A stretch of DNA of 60,257 bases from Salpingoeca rosetta (lineage: Eukaryota > Protista > Choanoflagellata). Under the pieces are notes generated by a model. The model was not told where the DNA came from. It saw only the letters and a program-made list of their open reading frames with translations, and made no database searches. Below are positions 10,559 through 49,688 of the stretch, in pieces. Both the position numbers and the translations under genes were made by a program. The DNA is taken from assembly GCA_033442325.1 (NCBI GenBank), contig JAWQFM010000017.1, positions 1,322,961 through 1,383,217 on the forward strand. Direction: 5' to 3'. The first letter of the stretch is position 1. Each line of letters begins with the position of its first letter.

Positions 10559-11056
10559 TTGCCACGCTACCGTCATCCTGATGATCACCGCCATTCTCAC
10601 CACCATCACCATCACCTTCTTCTCCACCACCACCACCACCACCACCCGTCCTCTCCACCATGTCAGGGTCTTGGTCAGGGCATCCGCCGGTCGGTGATGA
10701 GCGCTGCGCAGATCATTGGACCGCTGTGGGCCACGCTCTCTGGCGACGACAACGGCGCATACTTCTGGGGCGGCATGGTTGGCCTCACTGCCCTGTGCGT
10801 TGTCATCATGGTCCTGGCCTGGAAGGCGCTCTACTTCCCCATGATGGCGAAACCAAAGGCGCCGCCCTCGCCGCCCAAGGGGTCCGGTGTCCTCACGGAG
10901 GCGACGCACGACAGGGAGGACCGCGAGGATAGGCCCCTGCTTGCCTCGTCACGCACCAGCAGCGTGCGCAGTGAGGATGACGCAATGCTCCGCCCGGGAT
11001 CGTTTAGGGAGGACCCCAAGGGTGGCATTGTTCGCCACCACGGCAGCATCAACTGA
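8855..11056 (+). CDS. MFS transporter, MFSD8/CLN7-like; exons ~8855-9849, 10234-10441, 10667-11056
   Basis: Multiple hydrophobic helices; VILPSAWQYLQ, SPLYGRFADRYS (motif A), GLILGPAF, YNSPG, QGLGQGIRRSVMSAAQIIGPLWA. The GT-AG introns keep the frame. Confidence 0.85.
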
Positions 11057-11712
11057 TCCCAAGCACGCAAGCACAAGATTTGCTTCTGCTGCTTCGTGCG
11101 CGCATGTGTGTGCGTGTGTTTGTATTTGTGTGCGTGATTGTGTGTGTTTGTATTTGTGTATGTGATTGTGTGTGTGCTTGTGTTTGTGTGTGTGTGTGTG
11201 TGCTTGTACGTGTGTGTGTGCTTGTTGTATTCGTTGTTTTGCCTCATTCGCGTCGGCATCTTGTGCAACAACTTTCATCTGCGTGTTTCGTTGGTTGCGA
11301 GTGCTGACTTTTGTTTGATCGACCCTTCTTCCCCTCGCCATCACTGTTGGGGTTTGCCCTTTACTCGCTCTCTGCTCTCTCTCTCTCCTCCCCCCCCTCT
11401 CTCGCTTGCTCTTACCCCGACCTAGCTCGTTCCCTGTCGCATTTCCACCACTCACTGCCACCAGCAGCGTGGTTCAACCGTTAGGCGCTTGCATGCTTGC
11501 TTTGTTCTCTGTTGCCGTGTTGCAGTCAATGTCTCCGCTCCCCAGTGCACTTGTGAACTGCGACGTTGCTTTCTTCTCGACCATTTGGTTTTGCCGTTTT
11601 GCTTCATGTGCTACGATACAAGTACAAGAATGCTATCTTCATGCATCTTCGATCTGTTGCACAATCGTGTCACTGTATCTCCAATCCAAGTGACACCACA
11701 CCAGCCGTGTTA

Positions 11713-11773
<61 letters not shown>

Positions 11774-11815
11774 CTCTCTCTCTGTCGCGTGTCCTCTTGC
11801 ACACCACCGGCTCTG

Positions 11816-13665
11816 TCACGCGCTGCTGCTGCTTGTCTCTGTCTTGGGCGCCTTGGCTGCCGGCTCACCATCACGATCATCACCATCACCACCATCACCA
11901 TCACGATCATCACCATCATCATGATCAGCAGCATCAGCGTTGGGTGGTGCTGTGTCGTATGCGGCGTCTGGCGGGAGCGGGAATGAGATGCACACCATCC
12001 GTTTGTTGGGTCCCACATCACGCACGTCCCGGAACAAAATCGGCTGCAGCAGAGGCATTGGAGGAGGTGGTGATGGGTGAGTGGGGTGAAGAAGGGTGGC
12101 TGGGGTGCAGTGCAGGGGCAACAACAACAACAACAACAGCAACAGCAGTGGCAACAGCAGTGGCAGCAGCAGCAGCAACGACGACGACGACAGTTGCTTT
12201 GATTATCCGACGGCACAAGTCATTGATTTGCGCGCACCTCCTGCAGCGGGTGTCCGATTCGCTCCTCAATGCGGGAAATCACATCCGCTCGCCGGTCCTC
12301 TGCCTGCAGGCAAACACAACACCAACTGACTTGAACAATTGAAACGTTGCGATTTCGCAGTGCGTATCGTACACGCACATGCACAGATGTGCACCCACAT
12401 ATGCATATACACACAAACAGACACACACAGACACACAGACATACATAGACACACACACACACATGCACAAACACGACAAACACACCATACAGACAAATAT
12501 GCACACATTTGCGCACAAGCGTGGCGTACGGTTGAGAAGCAGTGGCAGTGGATGGTCGGGAGTGGGAGGCGGCGGTGCGTGTCTGCGGTGTACGCGCCAC
12601 GGAACACGTCCGTAAACTCAATGGAGGAGGCAGGCAGGTTCATCGTCACATGCGTGAAGGGCCGCCATTGCTGAAGAACACCAGCAGGCGTGGTGGTGAA
12701 TGTGAGCGGATACCAACACGAACAGCGGATGATGAAATGGCAATTGCGCACGTGTGCCTGTGAGTGTGTGTATGCATGTGTGTGTGTGTGTGTGTGTTCA
12801 TGTGTTTGGTTGCTCACCTTGTCGCCATCAGGTGCTTCGAGCACCTTGGCAATGACGTGTCTATCAACCAAATGAAAAGCCCGAGGGGGGGGGCTTAACG
12901 TGAGCCTCAACAAATAGACAGCGACTGTTACATACATCCCACACACACAACACACACACACACACACACATCTACACACACACACACACACACACATACA
13001 CACACACATACACACACATGCACACACGCAAGCACACACGCAAGCACGCGCGCATACATCGCACACACCTGACAAAGTCGCGCGCGTCCATGTTGAAGGG
13101 GAAGACGCGGCGGGCGAGCTTGTTGATGGCAATGTTGTGCACCAGCGCCTCATATGACATGGGGTTGAGGTCGTTTGCATATGCCATGCAGCCGCGTTTC
13201 CCCGCGGGGAGAGCAAACGGCCCCACGCCAGCCATCATGTCGCACAGCACGTCGCCCTTCTTCATCTTGGACACGATGCGCTCGTGTTCCTTTTGCAGCC
13301 GCGAGTTCCAGTACACGCGCGAAAAGTCAAACTCAAACCAGCAGCCGTTCTCCTTGACACGGCAGGCGTAGTCGTCGTCCCCGGCAAGCAGCTCCATCTT
13401 GAAGAAGCGGAACGTGGTGTCGATGGCGTTGAGCTTGTTCACCACCGTGCGCAGCCGCGTGTTCTTGTCCAGGATGACCTGCCCAATGAAGTGCTTGTAA
13501 GGCAGCTGGTGCTCCCGCAGGTTCATGTGTGCCAGGTGCCCGACCGTTTCGAAGGACGTGGTCACCTCGTCAAAGCTCTCCGGCAGCGCCGCCTTGAGCA
13601 CGTGCTCCGCCGACCAGTAGTCGTAGCCGACCGTCACCGTGAATTGCTCCAACTGGCGCGTGACG

Positions 13666-13740
<75 letters not shown>

Positions 13741-14099
13741 ATCAAATAAACGCCAAACATTGAGATGCATCGGGCACTTTACAGACCCAGGTAGGTGGTG
13801 AACGTACAAACATGGACGACACGCGCGCACACACACACACACGTGTACAGCATGTAGACACATATGTACAAACACACAGACAAGCACACACGCAGATAGA
13901 CGATGCGCGTGTTCTTTGCCTCACCTGTGGGACAGGTTGATCCTTGAAGACGGGCGCGAGTGCTTGGCGAATCTCTTGCTCGGTCTTTGTGGGGCTGAAC
14001 AGCACATACCGCTCTGCGATCGTCTTTGCCACTGTTGATGAGCTGCTCTCTTCTCCCGTCTCTGCTGCTCCCATTTTCCCCACATCGCCTTCTTCATTG

Positions 14100-14136
<37 letters not shown>

Positions 14137-14353
14137 GGGCAGGGGGAGAGGGAACGCCCTGCACAGCAGCGTAGCGTGGAAGGCGAAGCAGCAGCGCAGA
14201 GCATGCGCGCATTATTGTCTGCACCAGCGCCGCGCTCACACGCACACATGGCACCGACACGCGCACGTCAAACAGCTTGCGATCAAAGTTGCGCGGGTTT
14301 GCCAAGAAATGCGACGAGTCCAGTTTGCCCAGCGTCAACGTATCCTGCGACAT
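11816..14353 (-). CDS. TRM5: tRNA (guanine37-N1)-methyltransferase, multi-exon
   Basis: SFETVGHLAHMNLR, IGQVILDKN, FDFSRVYWNSRLQKEH, CDMMAGVGPFALPA, ANDLNP, HVTMNLP, VRDVGPNKRMVCISF. Confidence 0.95.
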
Positions 14354-14569
14354 GGCTCTATGTGTGTGTGTGTATGTATGTGTGTGTATGTGTGTGTGTG
14401 TGTGTGTGTGAGTGTGTGTGTGTGTGTTTGAGGAGTGCACTGTCTGTTGTATCGTCTGTCTCTTGATCAACGTGGGTTTGGCTTTCTGCTGAGTCAGCAG
14501 TTTCCGCCATCGACCAATACCACAACCCAAGACAGCAAGAAGCAAGCAGCAGACGTCAACTCAACGTCG

Positions 14570-14650
<81 letters not shown>

Positions 14651-14685
14651 CCGACACACACTCACGCAGCCGACACACATCGACG

Positions 14686-16366
14686 ATGACAGACGACTAC
14701 ACGCCGTTGTTGTCGCCACAAACGGCAACGGAGAGCACAACAGTTGGAGCGACGGCGCCGGCGTTTCGCAGGAAATGGCTGACGGTGGCGCTGCTGGTTG
14801 GCATCAACCTTCTCAACTACCTCGATCGCTTCACCATCAGCGGCATCCTGCCAAACCTCAAGGACGCAAGCGAGTCACACCTCGACCATGACGTCTCCGA
14901 CAGCCAGGGCGGTCTCCTCATGACCGTCTTCATCGCCAGGTGTGATTGTGTTTGTATGTGTTTATGTGAGTGAGTGTGTGTGTGCGTTGACACATGTGTG
15001 TGTGTGTGTGTGTGCGTTGACACGTGTGTGTATTTGTTTATGTGTGTGTATGCGTGTGGTTACATGTGTGTGTGTGCGTGTGCGTGTGCGTGTGCGTGTG
15101 CGTGTGCGTGTGCGTGTGTGTATGCGAGTTTGTCTTTGTGTTGGTGCCCAAGGAGGTGTTCGTTTGTTCGGGTTCCAAGCTCCGCTGACTCCGCATGCGT
15201 GTGATGAACACTCCCATTGACATCTCCGTTCCTTTTCTTCTGCGCGGCTGTTGTGTTCTTCAGCTACATGGTGTTCTCCCCGGTTTTCGGGTACCTTGGC
15301 GACCGTTTCAACCGCAAGATCCTCATCACTGTGGGTATCATCTTCTGGTCCATCTTCACTGTCGGCGGCTCCTTCTCCCAGGTACACGCCGGTTAGGATC
15401 CCATGCCTGCGGGCCATGATTGTGTGCGTGCGTGCGTGTACATGTGTGCTTGTGCTTGTGTGTGTGTGTGTGTGATCTGATACCATTCACTTGAACCGCG
15501 ATGTGAATGTCTTGGATCGCGTTGCTCGCCATGCACACACACACACACACACCCTCGCTCACATACGCTCTGTCATTGTCATGATCGCGGCAACAACTGC
15601 AATGGCAGACGTATGTGCAACTGCTCATTGCACGCGGTCTGGTGGGTGTTGGGGAGGCCAGCTATGCCACCATCGCCCCAACAATCATCGCAGACCTCTA
15701 CCCGGCCGTGAGTGCAAATCAGCGTGTGCATGTGTTCTTATTTGCTTGTTTGCTCGCGAGCGTGCGATTGCGTGTCCTTGCTTGCTTGCTTGTGTTTGCG
15801 TGTTGAGGCCATTGTTGCTGACCGAAGTGATGCGATGGCAACCGGAGCTCTGCTTTCTCGTTGCATCTTGCTCACACGCATTTTGCCTGCATGCACGTGT
15901 GCAGGACGAGCGCACCTTTATGCTGTCGGTCTTCTACCTGGCCATCCCCGTTGGCGCGTGAGTTGCCGTGATGTCATTCCATCTCTTCACACAGACACAG
16001 ACACAGACACAGACACACACACACAGACACAGACACAGACACACACACACACACACACACACAGACACAGACACACACACACAGACACAGACACACACAC
16101 AGACACACACACACACACACACAGACACACACACAGACACAGAAAGACACACATTTCCCCTTGTTCCGGCTCACCGCACTGCGTCCATCCCCGACGCTTC
16201 TGTCGCTAGGGCTATGGGTTTCATGGTTGGCGCTGAGGTTGCTGCTGCCCTGGGCAGCTGGCGCTGGGCTCTTCGCATCTCCCCTCCAAGTGAGCACCCC
16301 ATCAGTTTACTATTTCCTCATATCGGCCTTTTGCATGGCACACATTTTTGCTGCATCAAGTGCACA

Positions 16367-16457
<91 letters not shown>

Positions 16458-17022
16458 GCACACACCCCGCCATGTGGCTGCAGTTGGGCTGGCGCTGGCC
16501 CTTGCGCTGTTCTTCTTCACGCGCGATCCACCACGTGGCGCCAGCGACGGGCACGCACACGAAGATGGTAAGGTCCCATGTCCTGTCGGTTCGCTGAACG
16601 AGCGAATTGCAAATCACCCCGGCCTGCCACCACCTCACACATCATCATCATCCTCACATCATTTTTCACCACCATGAACACCACCACCACGTGCATGACG
16701 TGCAGCCAAGAACAGCGCCAGCGGGCTGGAGGCGTTTCTTGACGATGTGCGCGGCATTCTTCGCGTCCCGACGTTCATCTGGTCCACGCTCGGCTTCACC
16801 GCCGTCACCTTCACCTCGGGCGCCATGGCCCAGTGGGCGCCCACGTTTGTGTATCGCCAGGCGCACGAGGCCGGCAGCAGCATGAGCTCGGCAACGGCGG
16901 CGCTCGCTTTCGGTGCCGTCACGTGCGCTGCTGGCATCATCGGCACCCTGGGCGGATCCTGGCTCTCAAAGGTTGGCGCGCGCGCATGTGTGTGTGTGTG
17001 TGCGTGTGTGCGTGCTTGTGTT

Positions 17023-17053
<31 letters not shown>

Positions 17054-18343
17054 TTGTGTGTGTGTGTTTGTGTGTGTGTGTTTGTGTGTGTGTGTTTGTG
17101 TGTGTGTGCTTTTGCATCAGCGCACATTTTCATGCCTGCTTGTGTTTGTCTCACGCCCCACTACATCACCACCACTCGTCTCACACAACCGCCGCCGCTT
17201 GCACCACCACCACCGCTTGCACCACCACCACCACCACCACCGCAGCGGTACGCGCCGCGAACGGGTGCGATTGACTCGTACATCTGCGGCGTGGGGATGC
17301 TGCTTGCCGTGTTCTTCATGGGCATCTCCATCCCCATCGCATCATACAGTATGCCCCTCTTCTGGCTCACAATCGTCCTCGGAGAGGTGCGCTCGAACAC
17401 ATGTGTTTGTGTGTGTGTTTGTGAGTGTGTGTGTGTGTGTGTTTGTGAGTGTGTGTGTGTGTGTGTGTGTGCTCGCATGTACGTGCGTTTACATGACTAC
17501 CCTTGTCAATTCACATTCAACCCCTGCCACATATTCCCCCCCCCCCTGTGCAGATTGCGCTGTGCCTCAACTGGGCGCCGTCTGCCGCCATCACCCTCTA
17601 CGTCATCGTCCCGCAGCGCGTGCGTTTGTGTTGTGATGCATGATGAGCTGTCTTGCATCTTCTTACACTTCTCTCCGAATGACGGCTTTTGTCGCACTCA
17701 CGTGCTCATATCGCCAACACCACTGCCGTCACCACAGCGCGCCTCTGCTGAGGCCGTCAACATCCTGATGACTCATCTCCTCGGCGACGCGTTCAGCCCG
17801 TACCTCATTGGCCTGGTCAGTCACCGAGCTTGTGGCGGGGTTGCTGTTGTTGATGGCGATGATGGTGTTGATGGTGATGAACATGGTGGTGGTGAGGATG
17901 TGCCGTTGTCGTTGCCGCTGTTGTCGTTGTTTGCAGCAGTTCGGACCGGAATTGACACGTCAGAAATACCTTTGGCTGAAACTTGTGTCATTTGTAATGG
18001 TGCTGATGATATCAGGTGTCGGACACGCTGAAGAAGCATTACAACATGACAGCCGTACGTGCACACACACACACATACACACACACACATGTTGGTGTTT
18101 CTTCGGGCTCGCTTGCGCAGTTGTGTGTGCGTTGGTACCTCGACACATGCAATGTTACACCCTCACACCCACATCCACGTACACTCACGAACATACGCCT
18201 CACACACACACACTCACGCCCTCCCCCCTCCCCCTCCTCAGGGCGATGCACTGATGCTGTCGCTGTTCATCGCCGTCGTCGTTGCGCTTCTCGGCGCTGC
18301 GGCATATCTCCGCTCGAGCAAGACCGTGCAGCGAGACAAGTGA
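14686..18343 (+). CDS. SPNS1: Spinster-family MFS transporter, multi-exon (3' end uncertain)
   Basis: [80 protein letters not shown]. Confidence 0.9.
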
Positions 18344-18431
18344 GCACGCATGACTGCTGCCTTTGGCGCACATGCTTGCGTACGGTTGTTGGCACAGAGT
18401 TGACATGCAAGTTTGCACGTGCACCAACTCA

Positions 18432-18513
<82 letters not shown>

Positions 18514-18555
18514 GCAAAGCAAACAATCAACCACCACCACCATCGCCACCGAACA

Positions 18556-21909
<3,354 letters not shown>

Positions 21910-22128
21910 GTTGAACAACAGGTTACAACAGCATAAATTCACGGCTGAGTCACAAGCAACAGCGGAGTTGCTTTGGAGGACAACTGCACACACCACAGCA
22001 GCGCAGCGGGTCGTGTGTGTGTGACTGCGTGTCAGCTCCACTCGCAGCGCGTCCACGTCCGTCCACAGACCAGCCATCCATCAAAGAAGTGTTATAGATC
22101 ACCCTTCGACGCGCTACCTCGCTTCACC

Positions 22129-44358
<22,230 letters not shown>

Positions 44359-44377
44359 CACGCGTTGCGTGCCTTCG

Positions 44378-44431
<54 letters not shown>

Positions 44432-44896
44432 TGTGTGTATGTGTGTGTGTGTGTGTATGTGTGTGTGTGTGTGTGTATGTGTGTGTGTGTGTGTGTCTGT
44501 GTGGATTTGATTCGCCAACCCCTTCATGCACTTTTGCTCTTTTCATTTACCGTTTAACTGATATGTCTTCACATTCGCGATTGAGTTCACGTTCAACGAC
44601 GTAAATGCCACACCCCAGCACCATACCGCCACGCCATGACAGTCACATCTCACAACACAATCCAATCGCCAAGCAAGCAGCCCAGCCAGTTTGCACAACG
44701 CAACCTTGCCAATTGCACATACCTTGCCAATTGTGGCATTTTGCGCTTTGCGCTGCTGCTCTTGCTTGCTTGCACGCACCAGGAACGCAGACAGGCCAGA
44801 AGAAGGATGCGAGTGGCCAGGACGACAGGGATGCTGCCCACCGAGCCCACCAAGCCCACCAAGCCCACCAACACACGCCGAAGCTCCGGCGGGGAT

Positions 44897-46102
44897 ATGA
44901 TGGCGGCTATGGCGGTGGTGCTCGCCGTGTGCTGCTGCTGGTGGGGCATGCTCGAAACACAGGCAGCGACGATGAAGGAGGACGACTGGGGCAACTTGCA
45001 CGTGAACACAACCGACCCGCTGACCACGCGCGTGCTGTTGAATGGGGTGGACGTAGCGCAGGAGATGCTGGAGCTGCGCCAGCAAGCAGAGAGGATGAAC
45101 CGCGTGCTGACGTGCCTCAGGCGTGGCGACGGCGGTGTGGACGAGACGACCATTGACGGCCTCGGCGATGACGCCGCCAAGTGGCGCTCCACAGTCCTGG
45201 CACACAATGGCAAGGTGTATGGAAGCCCGTACAGCTCATCCATCGTGCCAATCATCGACCCACGCACCAACACAGTCGACCTGACGTCCATCACCGACGT
45301 TGGCTCGGCCGAAAACAAGTGGACAGGCGCAGCAGTCGCGCCAAACGGCAAGATCTACTGTGTGCCGCAGGATGCCACATCAGTGCTCATCATCGACCCG
45401 GAAACCAAGACGGTGGACACGACCTCCATCAAGGGCTTCGTCTCCGGTCAAGACAAGTGGGAGGACGCCGTGCTTGCTCCAAACGGCAACATCTACGCCG
45501 TGCCCGACAACGCTGACGCTGTGCTGGTGATTGACACGGAGACGGACCAGGCCACAACCATCAGCGTGCGTTCCGGTGACAACAAATGGTTCGGCGCCGT
45601 CCTTGCAGACAACGGCAAAATCTATGCGGTGCCAGCCAGCGAGCGCGCGGTTCTCATCGTGGACCCGACCACCGACACCGCAGACACAACTACCATCAAA
45701 GGCCTCTCCTCCGACGAGTACAAGTGGGTCTCCGCCGTGCTCGGCAGCAACGGCAAGGTCTACGGCATTCCGTTCAACGCCAAATCCGTGCTCGTCATCG
45801 ACCCCGCAACAAATGCCGTTGACACCACCACGCTTGGCGACCTGTCGTCCGCGCCCAACAAGTGGGTTGGCGCCGTCCTTGCCCCCAGCGGCCCATACAT
45901 CTTTGCCACCCCGCACAGCGCCTCCTCGAGCCTCATCATCAACACCAGCACAAACACGACTGACATCACGTCCATCTCCGTCTCTTCAGTCGAGTACAAG
46001 TGGAATGGCGCTGTTGCCGCACCAAACGGCAACATCTACATGCTGCCCCACGACCACCACACCGCCCTCGTCCTCGATCCCTTTTGCTTCGTTGCCCTGT
46101 GA
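44897..46102 (+). CDS. Intronless, probably secreted protein with 7 tandem ~45-aa repeats (predicted 7-bladed beta-propeller), 401 aa
   Basis: Hydrophobic leader MMAAMAVVLAVCCCWWG; seven KWxGAVLAxNGKIYxxP..VLxIDP repeats; single continuous ORF. Confidence 0.85.
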   Translation: MMAAMAVVLAVCCCWWGMLETQAATMKEDDWGNLHVNTTDPLTTRVLLNGVDVAQEMLELRQQAERMNRVLTCLRRGDGGVDETTIDGLGDDAAKWRSTVLAHNGKVYGSPYSSSIVPIIDPRTNTVDLTSITDVGSAENKWTGAAVAPNGKIYCVPQDATSVLIIDPETKTVDTTSIKGFVSGQDKWEDAVLAPNGNIYAVPDNADAVLVIDTETDQATTISVRSGDNKWFGAVLADNGKIYAVPASERAVLIVDPTTDTADTTTIKGLSSDEYKWVSAVLGSNGKVYGIPFNAKSVLVIDPATNAVDTTTLGDLSSAPNKWVGAVLAPSGPYIFATPHSASSSLIINTSTNTTDITSISVSSVEYKWNGAVAAPNGNIYMLPHDHHTALVLDPFCFVAL

Positions 46103-46573
46103 TACTTGAGCTGTGTGTCTGTGTGTGTGCGTTATGTGTATGTGTGTGTTGTGTGTATGTGTGTGTATGTGTGTGTTGTGTGTGTCTGTGTGTGTCTGTG
46201 TGTGTGTCTGTGTGTCTGTGTGTGTGTGTTGTGTGTCTGTGTGTCTGTGAGTCTGTGAGTGTGTGTTAGTGTGTGTGTATGTGTGTGTGTGTGTGCGTTG
46301 TGTGTCAGTGTGTGTCAGTGTGTGTGTTCGAATCCGTGGCGTGTTCTCGCCTGCCTTGTTCTTGGGTTTCGTCCCTCACGTGACGGTCGGGCAACCAACC
46401 TGCGTTTGGCTTCTCGTTGCCACTGTTTGTTCCGGCCATTCAAGGCATCGTTACACAGACAGAGAGATGCGTGCGTGCGTGTGTGCGTGTGTGTGTGTGT
46501 ATGTGTGTGTGTGTGTGCGTGCGTGTGTGACTGCATGGAAGTAAACGCGTTGAGATGACACGATGTCAGCCAG

Positions 46574-46611
<38 letters not shown>

Positions 46612-46625
46612 CGTGTGTGTGTGTG

Positions 46626-46705
<80 letters not shown>

Positions 46706-46910
46706 GCAAAGCTACGCTGAAGACAAGCAACAAGAGGGAAGAGGGGAGGTGAGCCAACACACGCCACCACCTCTTCACCCCCAAGTGGAAGCAAGCAAGT
46801 CAGCAAGCAAAGAAGAAGCACAACAAGAGGTAAACCGAAGAGAAGAGGGGAGTGAAGGAGAGATAGCAAGCGCCACAGCAGCAGCACCACAGCAGATATA
46901 GAAGAGAGAG

Positions 46911-46918
46911 AAAAAAAA
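46911..46918 (-). terminator. Pol III terminator (T8) of the 5S gene
   Basis: A8 on the plus strand, about 8 nt past the 5S 3' end. Confidence 0.8.
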
Positions 46919-46926
46919 GAAGAAGA

Positions 46927-47045
46927 GAGCAACATCACCCGTGATTCCCGCCTGGTCACCCACGGCAGTACTGAACGGGCCCAAACGGGCTTAGCTTCCG
47001 CGATCGGACGAGAGCGGGCGTGATCCCGTTGGTATGAACGTTGCC
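46927..47045 (-). rRNA. 5S rRNA
   Basis: Minus strand GGCAACGTTCATACC..CGCCCGCTCTCGTCCGATCGCGGAAGCTAAGC..GGGCC..AGTACT..TGGGTGACC..GGGAATCACGGGTGATGTTGCT is colinear with eukaryotic 5S. The ends GGCAACG/TGTTGCT pair as helix I; length ~119 nt. Confidence 0.95.
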
Positions 47046-47067
47046 GACAGAAGAGTAAGACGAGCAA

Positions 47068-47075
47068 TTTATAAA
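47068..47075 (-). promoter_or_regulatory. TATA-like box at -23 to -30 of the 5S gene
   Basis: Palindromic TTTATAAA in otherwise GC-rich DNA. Confidence 0.6.
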
Positions 47076-47099
47076 GGCAGAGCCAGCAAGCAGCAAGCA

Positions 47100-47462
47100 A
47101 GAAGAAGAGGAAGAGGAAAATCCCACACCCAGCAGCAGCAAGCAGAAACGAGCAAACAACCGATTCTGCTTTCCAACCAACCAACCAACCAACCCACTCG
47201 CCGTTGTTTCATTCTTCTTCTGCGCAGCAGCTGGTGTGATGGTGATGATGGTGGGAATGGTGATGGTGACCATGGTCGTCGTCGTCGCTGCTGACAGGCA
47301 GGTGAGGTGAGTTGAGGTGAGGTGAGGTGAGATGAAGTGGGGTGAGATGGGGATGTGTCATTGGTTCGTGCACGCACACACACACACACACATTGGTGGT
47401 TGTGCGTGCCACGTTCCTTCCTTCCTTCCCTCCTTCCTTCCTTCCCTTTGTCGTCCTCGCTG

Positions 47463-47497
<35 letters not shown>

Positions 47498-48074
47498 TGC
47501 ACAGGGAGGGTGTGCGCACCGTCTCTCCCCGCTTCTCCTTCCCTTCTCCCTTCCATCCATCCATCCATCCATCGTTGTCCATTTTCTTCTCCTGTGATGA
47601 ATCACGCACAACCAACCAACCAACCAACCAACGACCACATGAATGACCCATCCATTGACAGGTGAGGGTGAGATTGAGTGCACCCACTTCTTCCTCCCAC
47701 TCCGTGCTCCTCTTCATCTTCTTCTCGTTGCACACTGCACACAGCAACAACCACCATCATCATCATCAACAACAACAACAACACAGCGCACGCTGTCACC
47801 GTGCACACACACATGTGGACCACCATCCATCCACGCATCCGTACATGGTTGTGTGGATCACAACCAACACACACCGCAGCGTGTGGCACTCACAAATGCA
47901 CACACTCACACTCACACACGCACTTGCTCACCGTTGTGTGGTGACAGAACAGCTGCCATCAGCCACCGTCATGCAGCGGCCACCCTGAGAATGGATCATG
48001 CAACCTCTCATCCAGTGAGCAGCACACACATGGGAGAGAGGGGGGAAATGGCATCAACCAACATCACAGCCAAT

Positions 48075-48109
<35 letters not shown>

Positions 48110-49608
48110 CGGGTTGTGTTTCTTCTCATCCTTCTTTCTCTTCCTCATTTCTCTGTCTGTGACACGCTGCTCAATGCTGTTGCTGCTGTTGCTTGCTTGT
48201 TTGTGATGGTGCGTGCAGATGGATGGATTACATCATCATCAACAGCAGCAGCAGCAGGTGCTGGCTGATGCGTGAGGCAGTGGGCAACCCTCACCAACCA
48301 ACAATGACTGCGTGCTGCCGGATGAATGGTGATCGAGCCACTGCATCACCCAGACAGGTGTGTGTGTGTGTGTGTGTGTGTGTTGACGTGCGTGTTCTCT
48401 TCTCCACCCACCACACACGCCATCATCACCGCCTCATCTTCTTGTGTCTTTGCTCACCTCCTTCCCTCTCCCTCCTCAACACCATCACCACCACCCTCCA
48501 CACGTGCTCGTTTCCCCTTCCTTCTTTCTGCTGTCGCCACACAGAGGGCCTTGAGCCAGCAGCTGTCACCCCCTCCCCCTCCATCAACCACCACTGCTCT
48601 GGTGGGATGAACAGACGGGCGCTGCCATGTAATGACCATCCAGCCACGCTTGTGCGATTGTGGAAACAGCAACACCAACACCACACCACAAGCAAGCAAG
48701 CGATGAGCAACGTGAGTGCATCACTGCACGTGTGTGTGCTGCGCACAGCACCAGTGTGCGTGTTTTGTGGTCGCTGTCTCTGTTGCTGCTGTTTCTCCCC
48801 TTGTTGTCCCACATCAATGTGCATGCATGTGTGTCGTGCGGCTGCCTGTTTTGCCTTGCGTGATGCGCTGTCTCATTCGTCGTTCTCACACGCACAACTG
48901 GCTGCACACCTGCACATTCTCCACCTTGCAGTCGCTGTTCTTCTTCCCCGCTCTTTCTCGCCCTCCCTGACGGCCATCACAACAGCAGCAGCAGCAGCAG
49001 CAGCCAACACCCTCTACCGCCAATGCAGCAGCAGCAGCAGAGAATGCACCACCACCACCACCACTTGCTGCTGAGCACATCCCTCCAACCAACCAACCAA
49101 CCAACCCATCGCCCACTGCCTGGCAGCAGCTGGCTGCCTGCTGGGAACAGGTGGCGACAGCACAAGTTGCACTTTCGGCTGGAACAGCCGAGAAGAAGAG
49201 GGAAACGGAGTGGATGGATGGATGAGGTGGGATGGGGGATGCTGGGTGAGTGTGGTGGGGTGTGGTGTGGCTGGCTGGTGACAGAGGACGGTGGTGTGTG
49301 GTGGTGAGGAAGAGGGATGGATGGATGGATGGGGTGCAGCATGTCTTGTTCCTTGCCTTCTGTTTTCTGTTTTCTCCCTCCCCTTTCTTCTTCACACACC
49401 TACATGCACGCACAACACCAGCAGTGGCAGCAGTGTAGCTGCGCACATATTCATGCTCCCTCTTCCCTCCCACTCACTCACCATGCTGGTGCTCGCACAC
49501 AACCACACACTTACAGGCGATGCACACGCACAGGCAGCAGGATGAGGGAAATGTCGAGGATACTTGACTCGCCTCACATATGGTATGTGGGTGGTGATGA
49601 GTGGTTGG

Positions 49609-49688
<80 letters not shown>

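Noticed and set aside
44636-44896. 87-aa N-terminal extension of the propeller ORF
   Set aside because: The signal-like leader begins at 44897 and the upstream part lacks recognisable features; not fully excluded.
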